Below are positions 27,354 to 36,791 of a stretch of DNA of 64,000 nucleotides, in pieces. Within the stretch, counting starts at the first letter, position 1, and the number at the start of each line of letters is the position of its first letter. The stretch spans positions 96,001 to 160,000 of IMG/VR virus record IMGVR_UViG_3300046167_000921; one strand, 5' to 3'. Origin of the DNA: a virus. The notes beneath the pieces were generated by a model. The model did not search any database. It had not been told where the DNA came from and saw only the letters and a program-made list of their open reading frames with translations. The position numbers and the translations under genes were made by a program.

Positions 27354-27757
27354 AGACCGCAGGTAAGATTAAGCATAAGCTCCGACAAGTTCGCCATAGG
27401 CTATTGCAGAAAGCGATACGGACGGGCTTGAGTAAGAAGCCTTGCAACTGTGACCACGCGGGTCTAGTTAGAGGGAACTCATCCGAGCCTTTGTTTCATG
27501 TGTGCCTCCTTGACTCTGACAAGCCGAGGGAGTGGGAAGGTACGATATGTGATCCTTCCGTCCCTAACACTTGTCCTTTTTTCAAAACCTTTAGAGAGAA
27601 AGATCGGATTATAGAAGAGTTCAATCGCGACTTCGATGCTTTGCTTTCTCAAAAAGATATTGGCTCCATAGCCTCTCAGTATCCAGATGTGGCGGCTCTT
27701 CTTTGGGTTCTCGCAGGGGAAGAAGATGATAGAAATACTGAAACTGAAGAAAAGTAA
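27350..27757 (+). CDS. hypothetical Cys-containing protein
   Basis: ATGA-coupled; PCNCDH, HVCLL, GTICD, TCPFF. Confidence 0.7.
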   Translation: MKTAGKIKHKLRQVRHRLLQKAIRTGLSKKPCNCDHAGLVRGNSSEPLFHVCLLDSDKPREWEGTICDPSVPNTCPFFKTFREKDRIIEEFNRDFDALLSQKDIGSIASQYPDVAALLWVLAGEEDDRNTETEEK

Positions 27758-28154
27758 GACACCACTTGTGTTAGAAGTTGATGTCCCGCCTCTTTGTAGG
27801 CCACTTCTGGTAGGCAACCCCTCTAAGGATTCAGTCCTTAGGTGGGTTGAAGCTCCTTCCAAGAGAGACACCGTTTTAACTTGGGGTCAAGAGTGTCCTG
27901 TAGAAGAAACGGTAGCTCGGATGGTCACTATGGTCATAGAGAGAGGTGCTAAAGAAGGTTGGGGCATAGAACAACCCTCTTTAGCTTCTGCCGTAGAAAG
28001 ACTTCGCTCTCTTGGGATAACAGAAGTGGAGTCTAAGGAGGGTCTTGTATACCCTAAAGACCCTTCTTTCTTAGGCTCTGTGATCGTCATAGGCGACCGC
28101 TCGTTTCCTGTTCTCCACAATGTGAGAAGAGGATTTTGCGTAGTTAGGTCTTAA
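27726..28154 (+). CDS. hypothetical protein
   Basis: Start reassigned to ATG 27726. Confidence 0.65.
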   Translation: MIEILKLKKSKTPLVLEVDVPPLCRPLLVGNPSKDSVLRWVEAPSKRDTVLTWGQECPVEETVARMVTMVIERGAKEGWGIEQPSLASAVERLRSLGITEVESKEGLVYPKDPSFLGSVIVIGDRSFPVLHNVRRGFCVVRS

Positions 28155-29080
28155 GAGTTACCGAGCTCTTTCTCGATAGCCGCCTTAACGCCCTTAGTCT
28201 CAACACTGATGATAGACTCTAGTACATCAGGCTGGTCGCCGTACATATCAATAGCGATCTTTGCCCTCTTAGACCAATGCTTTGAGGTGTCCCACTCGAT
28301 TCCATTTGGAAGCATCTTGATCTTAGAGTTGTCTTTGCCTACAGGTACGGCACCCTGTGTAGGGTTTACCTCTCCTTCGATAGCTTGAAGGATCTGTGCA
28401 TTCTCTAAGGCCTGTTCGTCGATTTCCGAATCTTTTTCGGGAGCTGGGGGAGGGGCATCCTCTAGCGAGATATCATCTTCGATGTCAACACTTGCAGTTT
28501 TGACATGGGTGACGTGTGCTTCAAGGTTCTCTAACTTCGAGATTTCGGCACTCGCTTGAGACCCATCAGAGATCACAGTTTTCTGCCTAGAAGAAGTGCT
28601 TAACTTGATAGTTGAGAGGGACTCTGCCTCTTGCATCTCAGAGATGCCGTCATTCATAGACCCTGCAACTTCTGCACCTGACTTGTTGTCTACTTTGGCG
28701 ACAGTGATGATGTCTTCGTCTTGATTTTCAATGACGACAGGGAACTTAGACCCCTTCTTTTTCTCAGGTTCTTTGAGCCTTGTGACGGGACGCTCCTCGT
28801 CATAGACATTCTCGACAGCCATTTTCTTCGTTTTAATCTCAGGCTTCGGGGGTTCAGGCTCAGGCTCTGTGTTTTCTGAAACAATTGAGAGCCAACCACG
28901 CTTTACTCCAGCTTTCAGCTCGGGCATTTCAGTCACCTGCCCGCCGAACTTGAGTGAGAAACCATCGTATTCTACGACATCGCCTTCGTAGATATTCCTC
29001 TCAAGCCTGCCCAAGTGGATAACCGAGTTCGCTCTCAGCTTAACAAAAGTGCCTCTTTTAAAAATGGTATGAGAACTCAT
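28151..29080 (-). CDS. hypothetical protein with acidic low-complexity linker
   Basis: AAGGAG RBS; 309-aa ORF downstream of the fibre genes. Confidence 0.75.
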   Translation of the reverse strand: MSSHTIFKRGTFVKLRANSVIHLGRLERNIYEGDVVEYDGFSLKFGGQVTEMPELKAGVKRGWLSIVSENTEPEPEPPKPEIKTKKMAVENVYDEERPVTRLKEPEKKKGSKFPVVIENQDEDIITVAKVDNKSGAEVAGSMNDGISEMQEAESLSTIKLSTSSRQKTVISDGSQASAEISKLENLEAHVTHVKTASVDIEDDISLEDAPPPAPEKDSEIDEQALENAQILQAIEGEVNPTQGAVPVGKDNSKIKMLPNGIEWDTSKHWSKRAKIAIDMYGDQPDVLESIISVETKGVKAAIEKELGNS

Positions 29081-29154
29081 GAGTATTCTCCTTTATGTTG
29101 GTTTTAAGTTCTCCTTATTTATACCAACATAAAGGCGAGATACCATAGTTTTTC

Positions 29155-32100
29155 TTAAGCACCTACAGTGACGCTAGAGATAAGAGACCAATTCGTCCCA
29201 TTGTAGATGAAAGTAGCTGATGAGTAATCGTTGCTGAGAGTAATATTGCTACCTGTCGCGAGAGCGAGGCCGTCCGCAGTGCCTGAAGTTCCATCGTCAC
29301 TTAATATAAGGTTACCTCCACCACTCTTTTGGATCACCAAGATCGACCCTGTCTCTCCGCCTGTGATCGTTGAGATGGTATTGTTCGCACCGTCAGGGGT
29401 GACCTTATGGTACGACTTCGTGACAGCAAAAGTAATGTCTCCGTTACCAAGAGATATTGTCGAGGTATCTAGGACAGCTTGCCCGCCTACAGCCAAATCA
29501 CTTGAAGTGATCACTCTTTGACCTGCATTAATTGTAAGGGCAGTGGATGCCGAGTTACTGCTCGACCCAGACCCGCTCGGAGATGCTGTCTTAAATACAA
29601 TTGACCCGCCGTCAGCAGAACCCGTACTCAAGCCTCCTGATAAGGTAAGATCTGCACCTGTAAGATCCGCCCCTGATGCTTTACCGCCTCTTACCATAGA
29701 GGTGTCAATAGGAGCCAGCTCAGAATCTGTTACGGTAATGTTCAGGTCTGTACCTAGAGAGAGATCTGTACTGATACCGTGAAATACTTTGTAGACTCCA
29801 TCTTTTGCGTCTGCATCGGTTTCTTCTGGTTGGTAGATCATGCCTGCATATCGAGCGGCGGCGAGATTATTGCCGTATTTGGAGTACCAACCGAGATCTC
29901 TTGTGGCAGAGTCGTTATTTTGACCCAAGTAGATCATGCGGTCAGCTAGTTTGACTGCCGCACCTGTACCACTGAAGTTACCTGTAACGGTAACATTGCC
30001 TGAGATAAGAACACCTTGTGCCGATGAACCTATGAGGGTCGGGTTGTCTTCGATAGCTATTGTAACTGCACCGTCGGTGTTTGTAACGCCAATCTCATTA
30101 GCCGTTCCAAGAATGGAGAGTGCGTTATTTGTCTTCTGGTCAAAGCTGTATGTAGATCCCCCTCCCGAGTCTGTAGTTAACGTGTAGAGCACGTCTTCTT
30201 CAGTAAGCAGAATCTCAGCGTTGCCGTCTCCCCTATCCGCTTTCCAAGTGTCTGCAGTCTCATCATAGTGCAATGTCGCATCTGTCGAAGAACCTCTGTT
30301 TACAGTGATACCTACGTTTTGTGAAGGAGCTACACCCCCTGCTAGATCACTATTTAATGTGATTGTACTTAAGCCATCACTTGTGACATTTACGGAAGTT
30401 AATGTCGCCACGCCTGCGGTCAGCGTGCCTGTGGTCGTAAGGTTCTCATTGTCAAAGCTGATGGTGCCAGAAGCAGAGGTGATCAGCCCACTTGAAATGG
30501 AAATCGCACCGCCTGCGTCAGAGTCAGCAATGAGAGTATTTGCCACTTGGACATTACCCGCGTTGTTGAACTGCCAAACATTCTCGGACTCATCCCAGAA
30601 GAAAACAGCGTCCGTGCCAGCCGAAGGTCTTGATACGGTGATCCCGAAGTCATGTGCGTCGAGTTCCGCTGTGTCATCCGAGTTGAATGTGATCGCACCC
30701 AAGCTAGGGGTGTCAATCTGGATAGCACCAGACGAAGTCTTTACATTACCAGAAGCAGTGACCGTAGATTCTGTGCTTACCTCACCTGATGTGGCAACGG
30801 TGAAGTTAGGGTCTGTTGTGATCGTTCCGCCGACTGTGACCTGAGTCTCAGAGTGGAGCTTGCCTCCCTTTACGACAAAAGACCCTTCTGAGTCATCCCA
30901 ATCAAACTGCACGTTTGCTGTCGTATCGTTCACTTTGAAGATAGATACGTCGGCATCCGCACTGTCTGAGTTCAAGAGGATTGCAACACTATTGGTGGGA
31001 GACGCTTTAATATTTAAAGTGTCATCGAGTGTACTTTGACCCGTGACCGTGAGAGTTGTTCCCACGCTTAGGTCTGAACTCGTCGCGGTACTCTGATTGA
31101 GCGTCAAAGACTCGGCGGTAGTGTTTACAGTAACGTAAGCCTCCCCCGCATCACCTTGCTTAATAACGAAAGCATCGGTGTCATTGTCAGCGAGTTCAAC
31201 CACAATTCCATCGCCGTCGTTGTCCGACAGCGTATTGATCGCTAAGCCTGTCAAGGTCGTTACACCTGTGACATTAAGAGTAGAAGCGAGACTCAAGGCA
31301 CCTGCCGTTGTTAAAGTCGCGGTTGTAGTTCCCGCTGAAGTTGTATCGCCTACGGTTAAGGCGTTTGCTCCTGCTTTGCCTTGAAGGTGGAGGCCAGAAA
31401 CAGAGTTAATGTTAAACTCGTCATTGTCCTCATCCCATTCAATCAAGGCATTAGTCTCAGTGCCTCTTTCAACTGTTATCAGCTTAGCGTCGCTCTCTTC
31501 GCCATTTCCTGTAAGGTCTGAGTTGAAGACGATACCGTTAGTGTTCGACTCTACGTTCACCTCCCCCTGTAGGGTAGTTAGACCACTAAAGGCAGTAGGT
31601 TGAGCTAAAGTGATTAGTTCAGATCCCTCGGTGGTGTTGAAGGTCATGTATGAGTCCGCGTCACCTCCAGCACCGAGATCTTTAATTTCAAGAGCGTTGG
31701 CGATGTTGTTCACCAAGTTGATCTTAAAGCTCCCCGTCCCTGTAGAACTTGCTCTCAAGTCATCGGTTTTAAATTGACCCGTTACGGTGGTGATGCTGTT
31801 CGTAGTGTCTACGTTTACAACGTCAGTGCCGTTTGCTTTCTCTACTACTAGGGCGGCGGTGTTATCTGCTTTTACGTTGACTGTATTAAGTATCGAAGTG
31901 ACACCTGTATTACTTACGCTAAAGACATCAGCACCAACATTGATTCCTGCATCGGGTTCGAACACCGCTGTTGTAACAGTGACCTTTGGTGTGGTGGTGT
32001 CAATGTTAAAGATCTCACCGTTTGCATCTGTCTCCACCTTCAAAGCATTGGCGGAGGTCTTGGTTACGAGAACTTCACCTGTTGTTGAAAGGTTATAATT

Positions 32101-35100
32101 CGCCCCGTCAACAGTGAATCCGTTAGTGTCAATGGCGATACCACCATTTGCGTTCACTACCCCCGCTGAAGTCACGGCATTGGTTGTCGTCAACGTACCT
32201 ATCTTCAACGCACCCCAAGTAGTTGGTTCAGTGAAGTCCGTCGCGGTACTTGCCGTTTGAGTGAGACCCATCTTAAAGATAGAGTCGTCTTCATCGAAGA
32301 AGAACACCGCATCGTCTTCATCGCTCCCCCTCTCCATGAAGATACCGATGTCTCTGGTGTTATTAGCCCCAGATCCCGCTCCTTTGTTAAGACGGATCAT
32401 TGAATCCACTACTTCAAGATCCGTCGAGTTCACTGTGGTGAGAGTTCCGTTCACCGTGAGGTTGGTGCAAGTTACAGAACCTGTTGTAGTGAGATTCTCA
32501 TTTGCGAAGTCAATCGTACCTGTAGCAGAAGTGACCTCGCCGTTATTAAAGGTGAAATCTGCGATCTGAGTTCCTTCTGCGGTAGCCGTGATCGTAGAGG
32601 TGACAGCTAGAGTCCCCCCTACAGAGGTATTCCCACTCGCAGAGGCGACACTGAAGTTCCCATTAACGTCGAAGTTGCCTACGGAGTGTAGGGCGTTCGA
32701 GACTGACCACTCATCCTCAGACTCATCCCATTGGATGTAGGAGTTGGTTGCCGTGCCTCTCTCCACTTCAATCTTAGCGTCTCTCTCAGTTCCGACTGCG
32801 GTAGCATCTGAGTTGAGAAGTACTAAAGCAGATTGATTGTTCGCATCTCCTGCGAGGTCAGAGGACAAGATGGAAAGTACCCCATTTAGAGAAGTCGCCC
32901 CCGAAACATCAAAAGATCCCGACACTGTCGTTGCACCCGTAACATCAAGAGGTCGGTTTACTTCAACGAGGTCATTCGTACCATCCACAAAAAGAGCTTC
33001 TGAAGAGAGAGGTGTCTCAACTCTAAAGTCTGTGGCATTTCCGTTTTCGTTGACCACGATGTTCCCACCGTTTAGCCCGATAGCCCCGCTGGTGAAGTTC
33101 GCAGTCCCTGCAAAAATCACATCTCTACTGAACGTGATCAGCTCTAAGCCGTCTGTTGTGTCTACCTTGATATAACTGTTTAGACCTTCTTTAACTTCAA
33201 AAGATCCCGCAACATTATCATCCATCGAAACAACAATGGTAGAGCTGTCAGAAGAGATCGTATCAAGGGAGATATCACCCACATTAGTGATATCTCCCTC
33301 CGCGACGCTGAGAGAAGCAACGGTAACAGAACCTGTTGTAGTGAGATTCTCATTTGCGAAGTCAATCGTACCTGTAGCAGAAGTAACCTCGCCGTTATTA
33401 AAGGTGAAATCTGCGATCTGAGTTCCCTCTGCGGTAGCCGTGATCGTAGAGGTGACAGTGAGTGTGCCTCCGATCTGAGTATTACCTGACGTGTCCGCTA
33501 CAGAGAAGTTATCAGCAGTGATTCCCCCATTCGCGGTAAGAAGACCATCGACCGTCACGGCATCCTCTGCTTGAAGAGTTCCGCTGATGGTTGTATTACC
33601 TGACGTATCCGCTACAGTGAAATTATCGGCAGAGATCCCCCCGCTCGCAGTAAGAAGACCGTCAACAGTAAGAGTGCCTCCGACCTGAGTATTACCTGAC
33701 GTATCCGCTACAGAGAAGTTATCAGCAGTGATCCCTGCGTTTGCAGTAAGAAGGCCATCGACCGTCACAGTCGCTGAAGCATTGACCGCATCTGAGAAGG
33801 TAGTCTCCTTACCGAATGTGATCAGCTCTGAACCGTCTGTTGTGTCTGCCTTGATATAACTGTTTAGACCTTCTTTAACTTCAAAAGATCCCGCAACATT
33901 GTCATCCATCGAAACAACAATGGTAGAGCTGTCAGAAGAGATCGTGTCGAGAGAGATGTCACCTACATTAGTGATATTCCCGTCAGAGACGTTGAGAGAA
34001 GCAACGGTAACAGAACCTGTAGTAGTGAGACTTTCATTGCTGAAGTCAATCGTACCTGTTGCAGAAGTGATCTCGCCGTTATTAAAGGTGAAATCTGCAA
34101 TCCGAGATCCCTCTGCGGTAGCCGTGACTGTAGAGGTGACAGTAAGAGTGCCTCCGATTTGGGTATTACCCGTAGCATCCGCTACAGAGAAGTTATCAGC
34201 AGTGATCCCTGCATTCGCGGTAAGAAGGCCGTCTACGGTCAGGGCGGAGTCGTAAGATACGTCACCCGTAAAGGTAGCTGTGTCAAAGGCCACCTCCTTA
34301 CCGAATGTGATCAGCTCTGAACCGTCTGTCGTATCTACCTTGATATAACTGTTTAGACCTTCTTTAACTTCAAAAGATCCCGCAACATTGTCATCCATCG
34401 AAACAACAACAGTAGAGCTGTCAGAAGAGATCGTATCAAGGGAGATGTCACCTACATTAGTGATATTCCCGTCAGAGACGTTGAGTGAGGTCAGAGTCCC
34501 AGCTCCCCCAGACAGGGTTCCTATTGTGGTGAGGTTCTCATTACTGAAGTCAATCGTACCTGTAGCAGAAGTGACCTCGCCGTTATTAAAGGTGAAATCT
34601 GCGATCTGAGTTCCTTCTGCGGTAGCTGTGATCGCACCTACGACAGTAGTCGCACCAGATGCCGCCGTGATCGTAAAGTTTCCGTTGACATCGAAGTCCC
34701 CCGTTACGTTCATGGTGCCAGAAGTGCTCACATTGCCTGATGTGTCTGCTACGGTGAACACCCCGCCATCGGCGGTGATCCCACCATTTGCGGTAAGGAG
34801 ACCAGATAGTGTTGCCGTATTGATCGAGGCATTACCTGTAGAGGTAACATCTGTGGAGCTCAAGTTTCCTGTTGTAGAAACATTCTCATTACCAAAGTCA
34901 ATGCCCGCTCCATTTGTGGATGCCTCTATGGTAGTACCCGAGAAAGTAATACCTGCGAGCCTATGTCCGTCACTGTCGGAGGTGACTACACCCGCATTAC
35001 TGACACTGAAGTTTGAAGCCCCGTCAACAGCACCTTGGGTGATTGCCCCAACTACGTTTATGCCCTCTGACACTGAGAAGTAAGTAGAGCTTTCATCCCA

Positions 35101-36741
35101 AGATAGGGTTGCGTAGGAGACGCCTCTATCTACTCTCAGGAGAGTCTCGTCTTGTGCGTCTGCTTCATCGTGCCTGAAGGTAATTCCGTTCGTGGAGCTA
35201 TCCGAAATGTAGAGGTTTCGGGTAACAACAAGGTCTTGACCTACAGTGAAGTCTGTAGAAGCACTAGCATTATTAGAGAGAGCCCAAGTGCTAGTGCCAT
35301 TGTCCCATTGGATTGTGGCATAAGAGGGTGCGTTACTGAGAGCAACTGCAATAGATGCGTTTGCTGGGGTGTTATCCGTGGTGGCATCAGAGTTCAATAT
35401 AATCTGATGAGTCGCTCCCTTCTCGACAGAGAGGGTTGAGTTGGAGCTTACGGTAGCTCCACTCGTTAACGTAACCTCGCCACCGACAGTCAACGTCCCT
35501 GTGGTAGAGAGGTTATTGTCGTTAAAAGAGAGGTCATTGTTAGCGTTTGTTGTCTGGATTTGACCATCCGTGAGCTCTATGTCTCCTACTGTTGAAGCAG
35601 AGGCTAAAGTAGAGATCCCTGTAACATCTAGCGTCCCTGCAATTGAGGTGTCACCTGTTGTGTCGGCGACGGTGAACTTATTAGTGTCTACTGCAAGGCC
35701 CGCGTTCGCGTTAAGTAAGCTTGAGAATGTGGCGATACCTGTGACTGCCAAAGTTGTGGCCACCTGAACCGTACCTGTAGTCTCTAAACTTTTTAGTTTG
35801 AGGTCAGAGTAATCGGTAGGGTTGAAATTTGTATCTCCGCCCGTGGCTCCGTTGGGAGCTTGTGCGAGTTTAAAAACCTGATCGGTGTTGTCGAAGATAA
35901 ATAGTTGATCTCCTTCAGCACCAGGGTTGGTGATAAATAGGCCAATGTCGTTTGCTACGTCCCCATTGTTGAGGATCATAACGGGGTCTTGGACAGTAAC
36001 TTGATCTGTATTGACAGTAGTTGTAGTTCCGTTAACTGTCAGGTTGCCTGTCACAGTAAGATCGTTGCTTACCGTGAGGTCGTTTGAAACCGTCACGTCA
36101 TTCGGGAGTCCGATAGTTACAATCGAACCGTTGGCATTATCCCCGTCAGCGGTTACGGCAACTGTAGTCTCAGAGTTTGTTGCGGTGAAAGTGAGGGTCT
36201 GTCCGAGAGGCAGATTATCGGTGTTAGCTCCATCTGAGATTGTGATCGTAGAGTTAGCTAACTTCGAGTTGGTTACTTGACCGTCTTCTATGTTTGGGGT
36301 CTGGATTGCATCTGTGGTGAGGGAAGCGACACCTGTTGCAGAGATTGTCAGGTCTCCAGAGATAGCTACGTTCTCCCACCTTGAATCATTGTCGTTATCG
36401 TAGATAAGGACATGGGCTTCCCCAACACCTGCAATATTTACATCTGTGAGGTCTCCAACTTGGATGCCACCACCTGAGTCAACATACGCCTTAGTCGCTA
36501 CGTCTTGTGCATTCGTAGGGTCTGCCACATCTACGATCTTTTGACCATTGAAATCAACATCGGCAGAAGGGGCTATGTTAGAGAGAGTAGGAAGGGCTGT
36601 CTCAGTCCCTCCTGCGGTAGCCCCGTCGTGAACCCGAATTGTGTTCTTCGTGGTGTCTACGGTGATCTCACCGACAGCACCTGTGAAAGCATTATTCTCA
36701 GCAGTTGTTCCCCTGCGTAATTGTACTCTGCGGACTGACAT
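29155..36741 (-). CDS. giant tail-fibre/spike-like structural protein (2528 aa)
   Basis: N-terminal VQLRRGTTAENNAFTGAVGEITVDTTKNTIRVHDGATAGG (Mtd N-terminal-type anchor); T/G/D/N-rich beta repeats; internal duplications. Confidence 0.88.
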   Translation of the reverse strand: MSVRRVQLRRGTTAENNAFTGAVGEITVDTTKNTIRVHDGATAGGTETALPTLSNIAPSADVDFNGQKIVDVADPTNAQDVATKAYVDSGGGIQVGDLTDVNIAGVGEAHVLIYDNDNDSRWENVAISGDLTISATGVASLTTDAIQTPNIEDGQVTNSKLANSTITISDGANTDNLPLGQTLTFTATNSETTVAVTADGDNANGSIVTIGLPNDVTVSNDLTVSNDLTVTGNLTVNGTTTTVNTDQVTVQDPVMILNNGDVANDIGLFITNPGAEGDQLFIFDNTDQVFKLAQAPNGATGGDTNFNPTDYSDLKLKSLETTGTVQVATTLAVTGIATFSSLLNANAGLAVDTNKFTVADTTGDTSIAGTLDVTGISTLASASTVGDIELTDGQIQTTNANNDLSFNDNNLSTTGTLTVGGEVTLTSGATVSSNSTLSVEKGATHQIILNSDATTDNTPANASIAVALSNAPSYATIQWDNGTSTWALSNNASASTDFTVGQDLVVTRNLYISDSSTNGITFRHDEADAQDETLLRVDRGVSYATLSWDESSTYFSVSEGINVVGAITQGAVDGASNFSVSNAGVVTSDSDGHRLAGITFSGTTIEASTNGAGIDFGNENVSTTGNLSSTDVTSTGNASINTATLSGLLTANGGITADGGVFTVADTSGNVSTSGTMNVTGDFDVNGNFTITAASGATTVVGAITATAEGTQIADFTFNNGEVTSATGTIDFSNENLTTIGTLSGGAGTLTSLNVSDGNITNVGDISLDTISSDSSTVVVSMDDNVAGSFEVKEGLNSYIKVDTTDGSELITFGKEVAFDTATFTGDVSYDSALTVDGLLTANAGITADNFSVADATGNTQIGGTLTVTSTVTATAEGSRIADFTFNNGEITSATGTIDFSNESLTTTGSVTVASLNVSDGNITNVGDISLDTISSDSSTIVVSMDDNVAGSFEVKEGLNSYIKADTTDGSELITFGKETTFSDAVNASATVTVDGLLTANAGITADNFSVADTSGNTQVGGTLTVDGLLTASGGISADNFTVADTSGNTTISGTLQAEDAVTVDGLLTANGGITADNFSVADTSGNTQIGGTLTVTSTITATAEGTQIADFTFNNGEVTSATGTIDFANENLTTTGSVTVASLSVAEGDITNVGDISLDTISSDSSTIVVSMDDNVAGSFEVKEGLNSYIKVDTTDGLELITFSRDVIFAGTANFTSGAIGLNGGNIVVNENGNATDFRVETPLSSEALFVDGTNDLVEVNRPLDVTGATTVSGSFDVSGATSLNGVLSILSSDLAGDANNQSALVLLNSDATAVGTERDAKIEVERGTATNSYIQWDESEDEWSVSNALHSVGNFDVNGNFSVASASGNTSVGGTLAVTSTITATAEGTQIADFTFNNGEVTSATGTIDFANENLTTTGSVTCTNLTVNGTLTTVNSTDLEVVDSMIRLNKGAGSGANNTRDIGIFMERGSDEDDAVFFFDEDDSIFKMGLTQTASTATDFTEPTTWGALKIGTLTTTNAVTSAGVVNANGGIAIDTNGFTVDGANYNLSTTGEVLVTKTSANALKVETDANGEIFNIDTTTPKVTVTTAVFEPDAGINVGADVFSVSNTGVTSILNTVNVKADNTAALVVEKANGTDVVNVDTTNSITTVTGQFKTDDLRASSTGTGSFKINLVNNIANALEIKDLGAGGDADSYMTFNTTEGSELITLAQPTAFSGLTTLQGEVNVESNTNGIVFNSDLTGNGEESDAKLITVERGTETNALIEWDEDNDEFNINSVSGLHLQGKAGANALTVGDTTSAGTTTATLTTAGALSLASTLNVTGVTTLTGLAINTLSDNDGDGIVVELADNDTDAFVIKQGDAGEAYVTVNTTAESLTLNQSTATSSDLSVGTTLTVTGQSTLDDTLNIKASPTNSVAILLNSDSADADVSIFKVNDTTANVQFDWDDSEGSFVVKGGKLHSETQVTVGGTITTDPNFTVATSGEVSTESTVTASGNVKTSSGAIQIDTPSLGAITFNSDDTAELDAHDFGITVSRPSAGTDAVFFWDESENVWQFNNAGNVQVANTLIADSDAGGAISISSGLITSASGTISFDNENLTTTGTLTAGVATLTSVNVTSDGLSTITLNSDLAGGVAPSQNVGITVNRGSSTDATLHYDETADTWKADRGDGNAEILLTEEDVLYTLTTDSGGGSTYSFDQKTNNALSILGTANEIGVTNTDGAVTIAIEDNPTLIGSSAQGVLISGNVTVTGNFSGTGAAVKLADRMIYLGQNNDSATRDLGWYSKYGNNLAAARYAGMIYQPEETDADAKDGVYKVFHGISTDLSLGTDLNITVTDSELAPIDTSMVRGGKASGADLTGADLTLSGGLSTGSADGGSIVFKTASPSGSGSSSNSASTALTINAGQRVITSSDLAVGGQAVLDTSTISLGNGDITFAVTKSYHKVTPDGANNTISTITGGETGSILVIQKSGGGNLILSDDGTSGTADGLALATGSNITLSNDYSSATFIYNGTNWSLISSVTVGA
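32480..34630 (-). repeat. dispersed near-identical intragenic repeats in fibre 1
   Basis: ~80-bp GTCAATCGTACCTGT...GCGGTAGC unit at ~32509, 33361, 34045 and 34549; CCTTGATATAACTGTTTAGACC...GAAACAACAA unit at ~33165, 33850 and 34338. Confidence 0.9.
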
Positions 36742-36791
36742 GGAATTTACTCCTTCTGATATTTTTGTAGTCGATATATATACAAGAGTTA

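Noticed and set aside
29155-36741. Diversity-generating retroelement suggested by the Mtd-like N-terminus
   Set aside because: No reverse transcriptase and no template/variable repeat pair differing at adenines near the C-terminus; the N-terminal motif is a generic fibre anchor.
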